From Thermoproteota archaeon (GTDB lineage: Archaea > Thermoproteota > Methanomethylicia > Culexarchaeales > Culexarchaeaceae), in the NCBI GenBank assembly GCA_020833005.1, contig JAJHRD010000002.1:70287-134286 (forward strand): DNA of 64,000 nt, written 5' to 3'. Positions 9,221-17,898 of this stretch are shown here, piece after piece (the first letter of the stretch is position 1; the number at the start of each line of letters is the position of its first letter). Both the position numbers and the translations under genes were made by a program. The notes beneath the pieces are model-generated. The model worked only from the letters and a program-made list of their open reading frames with translations. It was not told where the DNA came from and made no database searches.

Positions 9221-10343
9221 TCTTTGAAGGAGCATTCGTCCTAATCCCCTTAGCATGGAAGTGGGTTCTAGAAGCGAAGAAACCCATGGATTTAAGTTCT
9301 TCTAAAATATCATCGACACTTGGGGAAGAGGTTTTAAGGATTTTTGAAATTTCATCCAAAACATAGAATGTTGGAGGCCCCCTACATTCATCAAGTATAA
9401 TGTCCAAGAAACGGGTTAAATCGGGGGTGCTAGCATGCTTCCTTAACTCCACTATGAATTCTGGATTGAAGAGTGGGCCTACCCAAAGGGGGCCTGAGAA
9501 GTGGAGTTTGGAATTACAATTTGGACATTCACGTACATCAGGGGGCAGTATGCCATTCACAACAAATCTATGGAGACACTTATCGCAAAAGGATATGTAG
9601 CCAAGTTTCGACATAGACTCATTCGCGAGATCTACACTAAAATTGAAGCGTGCAAATATCCTTATGTAATGCGCCCTAGAATAGCAGAGTAATGGGGTGC
9701 ATGAGAAATCATATGTGGAAACATTTCTCGAAATGTATCCAAGCAATATTCTAACAGCAATCTCCTGTGAGAAACTGGATTCAATGGGTATGGATCCATA
9801 CCTCCTCAAACATGTGGTGGGATATTTGCCAAACAATACTGGAACATCAGTGGCAGTGATGCACATAAGCCCACCATCCTTTAATGAGGCTATGGCAGGC
9901 TGAATAAACTTCGATGGAGAGCCGAAGGGGTCTATATCAATCACATGGAATCTCCTATTAAAACTGCTATTCATGAAAAACATCCTTCTCGCATCTAAAC
10001 AGGATACTATCACAGATGGTTTAATCGAGTTAAGGAGTATATTTTTATGAATTAATTCAACAGCCAATGGATTCCAATCATTAAACCACACCAGATCAAC
10101 CCCATCCACTTCAAGACCATATCTTATACCACGAACACCAGTACCTGAGAAAGCATCACAAATCCTAAGATTCTCAGAGACGAAACTTCTAAATTGATTC
10201 ACAACTAATACTGATAAACTTCTATCAAAAGCCATCCTTGGATTGTAAAATACTGGGGCATGTGATGGCTCATCATCGCCAACGTAATGGCCATAATAAT
10301 CCATGTCTGGAACATAAAGTTTAGCTTTCCCCTCACATATCAC
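9186..10343 (-). CDS. trm1: tRNA (guanine26-N2)-dimethyltransferase Trm1
   Basis: ICEGKAKLYVPD...FYNPRMAFDRSLSVL...DAFSGTGVRGIRYGLE and a Cys cluster (CDKC...CPNC). Start placed at the GTG at 10343. The longer ORF would overlap the next gene. Confidence 0.8.
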   Translation of the reverse strand: MICEGKAKLYVPDMDYYGHYVGDDEPSHAPVFYNPRMAFDRSLSVLVVNQFRSFVSENLRICDAFSGTGVRGIRYGLEVDGVDLVWFNDWNPLAVELIHKNILLNSIKPSVIVSCLDARRMFFMNSSFNRRFHVIDIDPFGSPSKFIQPAIASLKDGGLMCITATDVPVLFGKYPTTCLRRYGSIPIESSFSQEIAVRILLGYISRNVSTYDFSCTPLLCYSRAHYIRIFARFNFSVDLANESMSKLGYISFCDKCLHRFVVNGILPPDVRECPNCNSKLHFSGPLWVGPLFNPEFIVELRKHASTPDLTRFLDIILDECRGPPTFYVLDEISKILKTSSPSVDDILEELKSMGFFASRTHFHAKGIRTNAPSKIIFDLVKSSSS

Positions 10344-10374
10344 CTTAAGCTTCAGATCATCAGGTAAAGTCAAT

Positions 10375-10899
10375 CTACATCCCTCCAACCAAAAGGTTAA
10401 ATATCTTATTTGGAAGCAACATTCTATTCTCAAAGGTTACTGTGAAAACTTTATAATCAACTTTTATTAGATCCCTTAAATTGTTAACCACTTTCCAGTG
10501 GACAACCATGAGAATTGGCTTATTAATTTTGGGAATTGAAGATAGGAAATTCAACACCACATTACTCTTCAATTCCATAGGGCCAACCTCATCAAAAACA
10601 ATTACATCGGCATCCGTCAAAGCAGAGTTTAATGCATCAATTAAAACATCCTCAAAGGATTTCAACTGCACATAATACTTGCCAACCATAACTGGGGAGG
10701 GAATATTTACATGAGCCAATAATCCACTCTTACCACTCATCAAATCCAAAACTTTAAATCCAACTCTAACTCCCCCCTCCCTAATCTCGGGACAAATAAC
10801 TCCACCAACCCTTAACCCCCTCCCCCTCAACAAATCTATAACCTTAAGGCAAACAGTAGACTTACCCACACCAGGCCTCCCAGTTACAACAATAATCAT
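10375..10899 (-). CDS. Nucleoside-triphosphatase of the THEP1 family (COG1618)
   Basis: 174 aa. P-loop VTGRPGVGKST and a Walker B motif VIVFDEVGPMEL. Confidence 0.8.
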   Translation of the reverse strand: MIIVVTGRPGVGKSTVCLKVIDLLRGRGLRVGGVICPEIREGGVRVGFKVLDLMSGKSGLLAHVNIPSPVMVGKYYVQLKSFEDVLIDALNSALTDADVIVFDEVGPMELKSNVVLNFLSSIPKINKPILMVVHWKVVNNLRDLIKVDYKVFTVTFENRMLLPNKIFNLLVGGM

Positions 10900-10961
10900 A
10901 AACTTAACCTGTAAAACTTTATTAAATAAACCTAGATAAGTTTAAGTTCGAGATTAATGTT

Positions 10962-11603
10962 ATGTTGATAGCTGGAGTAGATGAGGCAGGAAGAGGCCCA
11001 ATAATAGGACCAATGGTAATAGCTGGAATAATGATTAGAGATGAAGACCAAAACAAACTTGTGGAAATAGGAGTTAGGGATTCCAAAATGCTTACAAGGG
11101 AGAGAAGGCAAAAACTATATTACAAAATCTTAGAGTTAAGTGTTAATTGGACATACCAGATATTAACACCCATGGAAATAGATCAAGCAGTACAATATAA
11201 GAGGAGGACAGGGATAGGAGTACTAAACAAACTGGAAGCTGAGATTATGGCTAAGATAATAAATGAGTTGAAACCAGACGTAGCATATGTTGATAGTGCA
11301 GATGTAGATGAAGAAAGATTTAGAAGGATGATCATGGCAAAATTAACCCATAAAATTGAAGTGATATCAAAACATAAAGCAGACCAAACATACCCAGTAG
11401 TCTCAGCGGCTTCAATAATAGCGAAGGTGAAGAGGGATTCAATAATAGATGAAATAAAGAGGGTTTATGGGGATGTAGGCTCAGGATACCCAAGCGACCC
11501 AAAGACAATACTATTCATAAAGAAGTGTCTGGAAAGGGGGGAACTGCCCGACTTCATAAGGAGAAGCTGGTCCACCCTTGATAGGGTTAGAAGGGAAATA
11601 TAG
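10962..11603 (+). CDS. rnhB: Ribonuclease HII
   Basis: 213 aa. IAGVDEAGRGPIIGPMVIAGI N-terminus and DSKMLT. Confidence 0.9.
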   Translation: MLIAGVDEAGRGPIIGPMVIAGIMIRDEDQNKLVEIGVRDSKMLTRERRQKLYYKILELSVNWTYQILTPMEIDQAVQYKRRTGIGVLNKLEAEIMAKIINELKPDVAYVDSADVDEERFRRMIMAKLTHKIEVISKHKADQTYPVVSAASIIAKVKRDSIIDEIKRVYGDVGSGYPSDPKTILFIKKCLERGELPDFIRRSWSTLDRVRREI

Positions 11604-11604
11604 A

Positions 11605-12087
11605 TTATAACTTCACTTCATCCTCAGCAGAGGAGGAGCCTACTTCACCAAACGATATAATCACACAACTAGGAATAGTCATCTTCAATTTAAACATATG
11701 AGGTTTGTAAATTCTAAGTGGAAGTGAAACTTTATCAATAGATACATTTTCACCCATAACCCTTAAAACTGTGAATGCCTCAACCACCCCGCCCACAAGC
11801 TCATAGGCACCTACCCCAAGATCCATCCTCCTAACGAAGACTAACGGCAACTTCAATTTTTCATGAAATTCTGGAGGTAAAACTTTACTTAGAACATTAA
11901 GATCTTCCCTATCAATAATTATATCAGAACCATCCCTAGCTTTAACTGATGGAAGGTTGCTGGAAACTATTTCTTTTAAAGTCTTATATTCCGCTGGTAG
12001 ATGACTATTAATCCTATCAATTTCCAATTTATAAATCAAGTTTAAAACCCTATCTATACGTCTATAATCAATATGCATTAAGATCAC
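11605..12087 (-). CDS. Conserved hypothetical protein, translationally coupled to the fibrillarin gene
   Basis: 160 aa. Its start overlaps the fibrillarin stop. I recognise no named motif, so the family is unassigned. Confidence 0.4.
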   Translation of the reverse strand: MILMHIDYRRIDRVLNLIYKLEIDRINSHLPAEYKTLKEIVSSNLPSVKARDGSDIIIDREDLNVLSKVLPPEFHEKLKLPLVFVRRMDLGVGAYELVGGVVEAFTVLRVMGENVSIDKVSLPLRIYKPHMFKLKMTIPSCVIISFGEVGSSSAEDEVKL

Positions 12088-12785
12088 TTCTCAACATACC
12101 TTGCAACCACCATGGCATGATCCTTATCGTATGGCTCTAAATGAACTACACTTATTATCTCAAAGCCGCCATCTACCAAACAATTTATTTCACGCTTATA
12201 GACTTCACTTGGCTCTAAAGTTACATCAATACTCCTAGCCTTTATTGCAAGCATAGCTAAACCATTGGGTTTGAGGAAAAACTTAGCATTATCTATCAAT
12301 ATTTTAGCTTGATCAGGTTGAGCTACATCACAATACACCCCATCAACAATTGGAACTATACTCCGATATGCAGTTGGGGTACGGGCATCCGATAATATTG
12401 GAACTATATTCCTTCTCTTCTCACATAAAGCCATAAACTCCCTGAAAGGTCTTGGAGCAACTTCAACTCCAAATACGCATCCATCAGGCCCAATAATGTC
12501 GCTCACATGGCTAATGGTTGTGCCAGTTGAAGTCCCCAAATATAGCACATACGAACCTGGCTTAACAGATATTTCACTTACACCCTTCAATATTGCTGCA
12601 GCAAGTTTACTTCTAAAGGCATTCCAAACTCTAAACTCAACACCACCATGGGAGACAAGCTGCTCACCATATACGCGAACTCCTGGAACCATATTGACAG
12701 TTGCAAGCCTCTTAGAACCATCTTCAAATTCACACCAATACACACCTCTAAACTTGCCATCCTCATATATTTTGGTTAAACTCAT
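12084..12785 (-). CDS. flpA: Fibrillarin-like rRNA/tRNA 2'-O-methyltransferase
   Basis: YEDGKFRGVYWCEFEDGSKRL...VYGE..V...GVEFRVWNAFRSKLAAAIL. Start at the ATG at 12785. Confidence 0.9.
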   Translation of the reverse strand: MSLTKIYEDGKFRGVYWCEFEDGSKRLATVNMVPGVRVYGEQLVSHGGVEFRVWNAFRSKLAAAILKGVSEISVKPGSYVLYLGTSTGTTISHVSDIIGPDGCVFGVEVAPRPFREFMALCEKRRNIVPILSDARTPTAYRSIVPIVDGVYCDVAQPDQAKILIDNAKFFLKPNGLAMLAIKARSIDVTLEPSEVYKREINCLVDGGFEIISVVHLEPYDKDHAMVVARYVEK

Positions 12786-12787
12786 TC

Positions 12788-14008
12788 TCACCGCCTCCTC
12801 CTAGCCTTCCCCCTCTCCTTAACCTCAACACGCTTCTTAACGGGCTTTGGATAAAGCTTTCTGATCTCCTCAATCCTCTTATAAAGGTCTTCCTTTAACT
12901 GATCGCCCACATATATGCCTGAGAAGGCATCAACCCTAGCCGCTATGGCAAGTCTACCAGCCAAGGCTCTAGCTATCTTCCCCCTCTGCCACTTTGGAGC
13001 CCCATGAACTTCCTGACATTGAAATATCACACCATGTTTAGGAGGCCTTGTACCTGTACGTAAAGCTCTAAATAGAGCCTTCTCAGCCCCAAGAACCTGA
13101 ATTGTACTTGAGGGGAGTCTAGCAAGTTTATCCAATCCACCAGCCAATGAAATCAATCTAGCACTTATAAGGGGGCCTACAAGAGACTTCAAATTTGGAC
13201 ATACATCATCAGCTACGGAATCAACATAACTTTCCAACTCATCCTTCAAATCATATAGATGCATTATATTCCGAGCGAAATCCATAATAGCGTTAATATC
13301 ATATTCGTTGAAGTCAGCTCCTATAGACGACTTGGCAGCAGATAATATTTTGCTAGAAGAAGATTCAGAAACCCCTAAAGCAGACAAGCTACTTGCATTA
13401 TACTTATCCCTTGAACCAATATTACCCACAATCTTCGCATACAATCTATGATCATCAACTATCGAGTTTAATTCTGGGAAGTGAACGCCATACCATTCCC
13501 TCAAACGGCTAATCATCATATTCAGTATCTTATTAAGATCGTCTATGGCGTTAATTGATTGTGCAAGAAGTAGATCCCTCTTCTCAACAGCCTTCCTCAA
13601 CCTCCTCCTAGATAGGAGTAATGAAACTTCATGTAGGAAAGTATAATAATCTTTAACTGTTGAAACAACCCTCTGCGAAACAGCTACATCAGGCAGAGCA
13701 CCCCTAAACCTCTTAAATAATGGGTTAAGAGGATCTATATGCAATTCAAAATCATGTAAAAGTCGCCTAACCATCATAAATAGCTTCTCATTATCGAAAA
13801 ATACTTTACCAGCTTTAAAGGATGATGAAACCTTATTGCAAAAGGACTTCAACTCCTCAATCATTTCACCATTATCCAATCTAAAAAGTTTATCTGCAAT
13901 AGCCTCCATATCTCCAGTGAAGGGTTCAAATATCAAAACCTTCCCATCAACGTCAAATAACATAAATCCAAATGGAGCATCCACCACAAAATACTCCAAA
14001 CTAGACAT
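12788..14008 (-). CDS. nop5: C/D-box sRNP protein Nop5 (Nop56/58 homologue)
   Basis: NOP domain (GAEKALFRALRTGTRPPKHGVIFQ) and a basic C-terminal tail KKRVEVKERGKARRRR. Start at the ATG at 14008 (MSSLEYFVVD). Confidence 0.9.
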   Translation of the reverse strand: MSSLEYFVVDAPFGFMLFDVDGKVLIFEPFTGDMEAIADKLFRLDNGEMIEELKSFCNKVSSSFKAGKVFFDNEKLFMMVRRLLHDFELHIDPLNPLFKRFRGALPDVAVSQRVVSTVKDYYTFLHEVSLLLSRRRLRKAVEKRDLLLAQSINAIDDLNKILNMMISRLREWYGVHFPELNSIVDDHRLYAKIVGNIGSRDKYNASSLSALGVSESSSSKILSAAKSSIGADFNEYDINAIMDFARNIMHLYDLKDELESYVDSVADDVCPNLKSLVGPLISARLISLAGGLDKLARLPSSTIQVLGAEKALFRALRTGTRPPKHGVIFQCQEVHGAPKWQRGKIARALAGRLAIAARVDAFSGIYVGDQLKEDLYKRIEEIRKLYPKPVKKRVEVKERGKARRRR

Positions 14009-14089
14009 TGAACACCACACTAACCAATAATGCATAATGACACAATAACTTTTAAATGTTTTATATCAATAATAGACGAGGGCTTAACA

Positions 14090-14998
14090 TTGGATGTAGA
14101 TATAAGCACGAAAATAGCAAACTTAAAAATTAGAAACCCACTGATACTCGCATCAGGGATTCTTGGAACAACGGGAGCCATATTAAAGAGAATTGCAATG
14201 GCTGGCGCTGGAGCCGTTACAACAAAATCGGTTAGCAAAAATCCAAGAGCAGGATTCCCAAACCCCACAGTAGTAAAACTCGAATATGGATTAATAAATG
14301 CCATCGGACTATCAAACCCCGGAATGCATGAATTTAAAAACGAAATAAGAGTAGCGAAGGAAGGGGGAGTTCCAGTAATAGTATCCGTCTTCGGAGAGGA
14401 AGTGAAGGAATTCTCTGAAGTAGCCTATCAAGCTGAAGAGGCAGGGGCCGATGCAATAGAACTAAACCTATCATGCCCACATGGACCAAACATACAATAT
14501 GGACAAGACCCAAAACTAACATATGAAGTGGTAAATGCCGTAAAAAGCACAGTAAAAATACCAGTATTTGCAAAACTAACACCAGAAGTAACAGACATAG
14601 TGAAAATAGGGTTAAGTGCAGAGAAGGCTGGTGCAGACGCCATAACGGCAATAAACACATTAAAAGCAATGATAATAGATATAAAGATCGCTAAACCAAT
14701 ACTATCAAACATATATGGAGGATTAAGTGGGAAAGCCATAAAGCCAGTAGCCATAAGATGCGTATACCAATTATATGAAGCATTAAGCATACCGATAATT
14801 GGAGTTGGAGGGGTAACAAGCTATGAAGACGCCATAGAATTCATCATGGCTGGAGCCAGCGCAGTACAAATAGGATCTGCAATAGCATTTAAGGGTATTG
14901 AAATATTCAAGGAAATCGAGCAAGGAATTATGAATTTCATGAAGAATGAAGGATACAAGTCAGTAAAGGATATGATAGGGTTGGCACATAAGAGGTGA
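14090..14998 (+). CDS. pyrD: Dihydroorotate dehydrogenase, catalytic subunit (class 1B)
   Basis: LKIRNPLILASG...TTKSVS..PRAG...LNLSCPH..GGV. Start moved to the in-frame TTG at 14090 so that it does not overlap the divergent nop5 start. Confidence 0.8.
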   Translation: MDVDISTKIANLKIRNPLILASGILGTTGAILKRIAMAGAGAVTTKSVSKNPRAGFPNPTVVKLEYGLINAIGLSNPGMHEFKNEIRVAKEGGVPVIVSVFGEEVKEFSEVAYQAEEAGADAIELNLSCPHGPNIQYGQDPKLTYEVVNAVKSTVKIPVFAKLTPEVTDIVKIGLSAEKAGADAITAINTLKAMIIDIKIAKPILSNIYGGLSGKAIKPVAIRCVYQLYEALSIPIIGVGGVTSYEDAIEFIMAGASAVQIGSAIAFKGIEIFKEIEQGIMNFMKNEGYKSVKDMIGLAHKR

Positions 14999-15816
14999 AG
15001 TTTATGAAAACAATGCCATCAAGAATAATAGCAGTAAGGGATGAGGGGAAAGATAGGAAAACGATAACGGTACACAATAAGGAGATAGCTGAAAAAGCCC
15101 ATCCGGGACAATTCATAATGGTCTGGATACCAGGAGTAGATGAAATTCCAATGGGGATATCACATATAGGGAGAGAGGAAATATCGTTCACGGTACATAG
15201 GGTGGGGGAAGCTACAAACGCACTATACAACAAGAGAGTAAATGAGTACATTGGGGTTAGAGGACCCTATGGCAGAGGCTTCAAAGAAGTGGATGGGAAC
15301 ATAATAGTTATTGGTGGAGGAACAGGCACAGCACCACTAATGCCACTAATTAGGAGGCTCTGTGAAAGAGGGGGGAATAGTGTTACAGTCATAAATGGAG
15401 CTAAAAGTATTGATGAAATGGTGTTTAAGGAGGAATTAAATGAGCTGGCAAAATTGGGGAAGATCAAATATATACCAGCAACGGAAGATGGAAGCCTAGG
15501 ATATAAGGGGTTGGCAACAACTCTACTCGAAAAGTTACTGAGGGAGGGAGAGATGCCCAATGAAATATATGTATGCGGACCTGAAGTCATGATAAAGAGG
15601 GTTGTGGAAATAGCATTGGAAAGGGGTATACATGTCCAAGCATTGGTGGAGAGATATATGAAGTGCGCAATTGGAATATGCGGTTCATGCACCATGGACC
15701 CATTGGGAATAAGAGTATGCGTAGAGGGGCCAGTAATACCAATAGAAATCCTAGCAAAAATAACTGAGCTAGGTGTATATAAGAGGGATTCCTCAGGGAG
15801 GAAGATAAAAATATGA
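14995..15816 (+). CDS. pyrK: Dihydroorotate dehydrogenase electron-transfer subunit PyrK
   Basis: FAD/NAD-binding fold and a C-terminal CAIGICGSC Fe-S motif. The true start may be the ATG at 15004 or at 15013. Confidence 0.85.
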   Translation: MKFMKTMPSRIIAVRDEGKDRKTITVHNKEIAEKAHPGQFIMVWIPGVDEIPMGISHIGREEISFTVHRVGEATNALYNKRVNEYIGVRGPYGRGFKEVDGNIIVIGGGTGTAPLMPLIRRLCERGGNSVTVINGAKSIDEMVFKEELNELAKLGKIKYIPATEDGSLGYKGLATTLLEKLLREGEMPNEIYVCGPEVMIKRVVEIALERGIHVQALVERYMKCAIGICGSCTMDPLGIRVCVEGPVIPIEILAKITELGVYKRDSSGRKIKI

Positions 15817-15865
15817 AGCGCTAAAAATTTAAGTAGCCCATTAAACCATAAAATAGTGAGCAAAA

Positions 15866-16030
15866 ATGCCAAGCCATGGATCACTAACAAAAGCTGGGAA
15901 AGTTAGATCGGCAACCCCAAAAATACCAGCTAAACCAAGGAGAAACTCCCCTCCAAGATTGAGATGTAGGAAAATATACTTTAGACGCGAAATTATGGGA
16001 GGAGTCCCTTGGAGGAAGGAGAAGACTTAA
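15866..16030 (+). CDS. rps30e: Ribosomal protein S30e (54 aa). Too short to appear in the supplied ORF track.
   Basis: [20 protein letters not shown]...[12 protein letters not shown], read directly from the sequence with ATG at 15866 and TAA at 16028-16030. Confidence 0.75.
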   Translation: MPSHGSLTKAGKVRSATPKIPAKPRRNSPPRLRCRKIYFRREIMGGVPWRKEKT

Positions 16031-16114
16031 AATAAATGAAATAATTCAAGCTTCCCAGCATCCTGAAAACAACATAAATAATTTGTTTTAATAATAATTC
16101 AGTTTATATCGTAG

Positions 16115-16212
16115 GCGGGGGTTGCCGAGCCAGGTCAAAGGCGCGAGGCTCAGAAGTTAACTGGGAAACCTCGTGGCGTAGGCCTTCGTGGGTTCAAATC
16201 CCACCCCCCGCA
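16115..16212 (+). tRNA. tRNA-Leu (anticodon CAG) with a 13-nt intron in the anticodon loop
   Basis: Acceptor stem GCGGGGG/CCCCCGC, long variable arm, T arm GTGGG-TTCAAAT-CCCAC, discriminator A. Anticodon stem CGAGG/CCTCG is interrupted by GTTAACTGGGAAA. Confidence 0.8.
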
Positions 16213-16290
16213 TCCATTTAAATTCACAATTAAAGTTGGGAGAATTATGTTTAATAAGCAAAAATGAGTTAAAGTGTTTTGGGATGAGAA

Positions 16291-16689
16291 TTGGCAAAAA
16301 TAGTAAGAACTGGTGTAGCATTTAGGGAAGAGACTTTGAAAATGCTCAATGAATATATGGATAAGACGGGGATGAAGAATAGATCCAGAATAATTGATGA
16401 AGCATTGAGATTATACCTCTCAGACAGAGGGATTATGATGGAGGAGGGGATGTTTGGAGGAGTAATAGCAGTATACTTTGAACATGAAGCAGAACAAAAA
16501 TTAACAGAATTACAACATGAATTTCTAGATATAGTCATATCAAATACGCATGTACATTTAGATGCGGAGAACTGTATGGAAGCAATACTTGTGAAGGGGG
16601 ATATACGTAAAATAAAGGAGTTTATGTTGAAAATAGAGGGGGTTAAAGGGTTAAAAGCTATGAGGAGTAGCTTTTTCAAAATAATGTGA
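16291..16689 (+). CDS. nikR: Nickel-responsive transcriptional regulator NikR-like (ribbon-helix-helix plus metal-binding C-terminal domain)
   Basis: 132 aa. N-terminal RHH (IVRTGVAFREETLKMLNEYMDKTG..NRSRIIDEALRLY) and C-terminal THVHLDAENCME (H-x-H...C nickel-site pattern). TTG start. Confidence 0.7.
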   Translation: MAKIVRTGVAFREETLKMLNEYMDKTGMKNRSRIIDEALRLYLSDRGIMMEEGMFGGVIAVYFEHEAEQKLTELQHEFLDIVISNTHVHLDAENCMEAILVKGDIRKIKEFMLKIEGVKGLKAMRSSFFKIM

Positions 16690-16700
16690 TAAATTGAAGA

Positions 16701-17672
16701 TTAGGGAGATACGACTCCAGGAATTTTTGGGAATGGCACGGCATCCCACACATATTTCAACCCACAAATGTATCTTGTTAGCCTCTCCACACCTATCCCA
16801 AAGCCAGCTGATGGTGGAATACCATCTTTTAGCATTTCAAGATACCAATTGTAATTTGAAGGATCTTCACCGCTCCTCTTCATCCTCTCAACAACGAACT
16901 CATACCTATACTCCCTTTCACCACCAGATATGGCTTCACCATAACCCTCTGGATACATTAAATCAAAATCCCTTAAAAATCCAGGCCTACTCTCATCCTC
17001 CAAGTAATAAAAGCCACGAGCACTGATGGGATAGTTTGTTATCCAGAAAGGCTCTTTATGGAGAAAGGATAATACTTCTTCAGCATCCCATGGTATTTCG
17101 TAACCGTAACTCACATGATACCCCATGGATGACAGAAGCTTCACAGCTTCATCATAAGTGTAACGTTTGAATGGAATTTTCAATGGAGCCAATTCCCTAC
17201 CAAGAGATTTAAGTTCATTGGAACAGTTTATTAAAACATCATCAATAACCCTCTTTAAAAGCCTTTCTGCAAGATCAAACATATCCTCACATTTGGCATA
17301 TGCAACTTCTAAATCAATTTGCCTAAACTCAACTAAATGCCTCCCAGTACTTACGGCTTCCAAAGGCTCTATCCTAATATTTGGAGATAAAGCAAATATT
17401 TTTGGATAGCATTTAATCATCATCTGCTTATATAAGATCATGCTACTCATAACCTTAAATTTCGACCCATAATAATCTATTGAAGCTTGCTTAGCTCCAC
17501 GTATACCAGGATCTGTGCATGGCCCTATTATTGGTGCTAGAATCTCTATAAACCCCTCACTTCTAAGGAAACTTCTAATTGAAGACAATATGCAATCTTG
17601 AATCTTAAAGATGCATTTAAACTTAAGCTCCCCAATCGTTAAATGCCTAAAGATTACAGAGTTAAATGACAT
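16701..17672 (-). CDS. asnA: Archaeal-type asparagine synthetase A. This is an AsnRS/AspRS-like class II catalytic core with no anticodon-binding domain.
   Basis: 323 aa from the ATG at 17672. Class II motifs FRQIDLE and GFGIGVERL are present. There is no N-terminal OB/anticodon domain. Confidence 0.65.
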   Translation of the reverse strand: MSFNSVIFRHLTIGELKFKCIFKIQDCILSSIRSFLRSEGFIEILAPIIGPCTDPGIRGAKQASIDYYGSKFKVMSSMILYKQMMIKCYPKIFALSPNIRIEPLEAVSTGRHLVEFRQIDLEVAYAKCEDMFDLAERLLKRVIDDVLINCSNELKSLGRELAPLKIPFKRYTYDEAVKLLSSMGYHVSYGYEIPWDAEEVLSFLHKEPFWITNYPISARGFYYLEDESRPGFLRDFDLMYPEGYGEAISGGEREYRYEFVVERMKRSGEDPSNYNWYLEMLKDGIPPSAGFGIGVERLTRYICGLKYVWDAVPFPKIPGVVSP

Positions 17673-17898
17673 AATTAAATCTGGAGAATATGAGAGTCTA
17701 AATATAATATAAATCTTTACTGAAAAATTATGAATAAATGTAAAAAATACATGTATAGTATGGAAAGATATATGAAGAATATGATTTGAAAACATCAACA
17801 TATGAAAAACAATTACATATTGAATTAAATGTGAAACTCCAATAGAAATATAGGTAACGAATGGCTAGGATAATTGGGTTTAATTGAGGAGATAAAGC
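17673..17898. promoter_or_regulatory. AT-rich intergenic region immediately upstream of cdc6-1. Candidate replication origin (oriC1-like) with an ORB-like element TCCAATAGAAAT at 17837-17848.
   Basis: 226 bp that are strongly AT-rich. The position matches the known Sulfolobus oriC1 next to cdc6-1. One TCCA-N3-GAAA motif resembles the ORB core TCCAGTGGAAAC. Confidence 0.35.

Noticed and set aside
14008-14090. Divergent nop5 and pyrD with overlapping long ORFs at 14030-14035
   Set aside because: The overlap disappears once both genes are trimmed to the homology-supported starts. That leaves an ordinary 81-bp divergent promoter region.
15866-16030. Apparent +1 frameshift in the S30e gene after ...PPRL
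   Set aside because: This was my own transcription error, an extra G. Recounting codon by codon against the given sequence shows one continuous frame from the ATG at 15866 to the TAA at 16028-16030.
16694-17026. 110-aa plus-strand ORF
   Set aside because: It lies entirely antisense to the asnA-like gene.
17681-17692. Second ORB element (TCTCCAGATTTA, minus orientation)
   Set aside because: Only the TCCAG pentamer matches the ORB core. That is too weak to call on its own, so I mention it only as context for the origin hypothesis.
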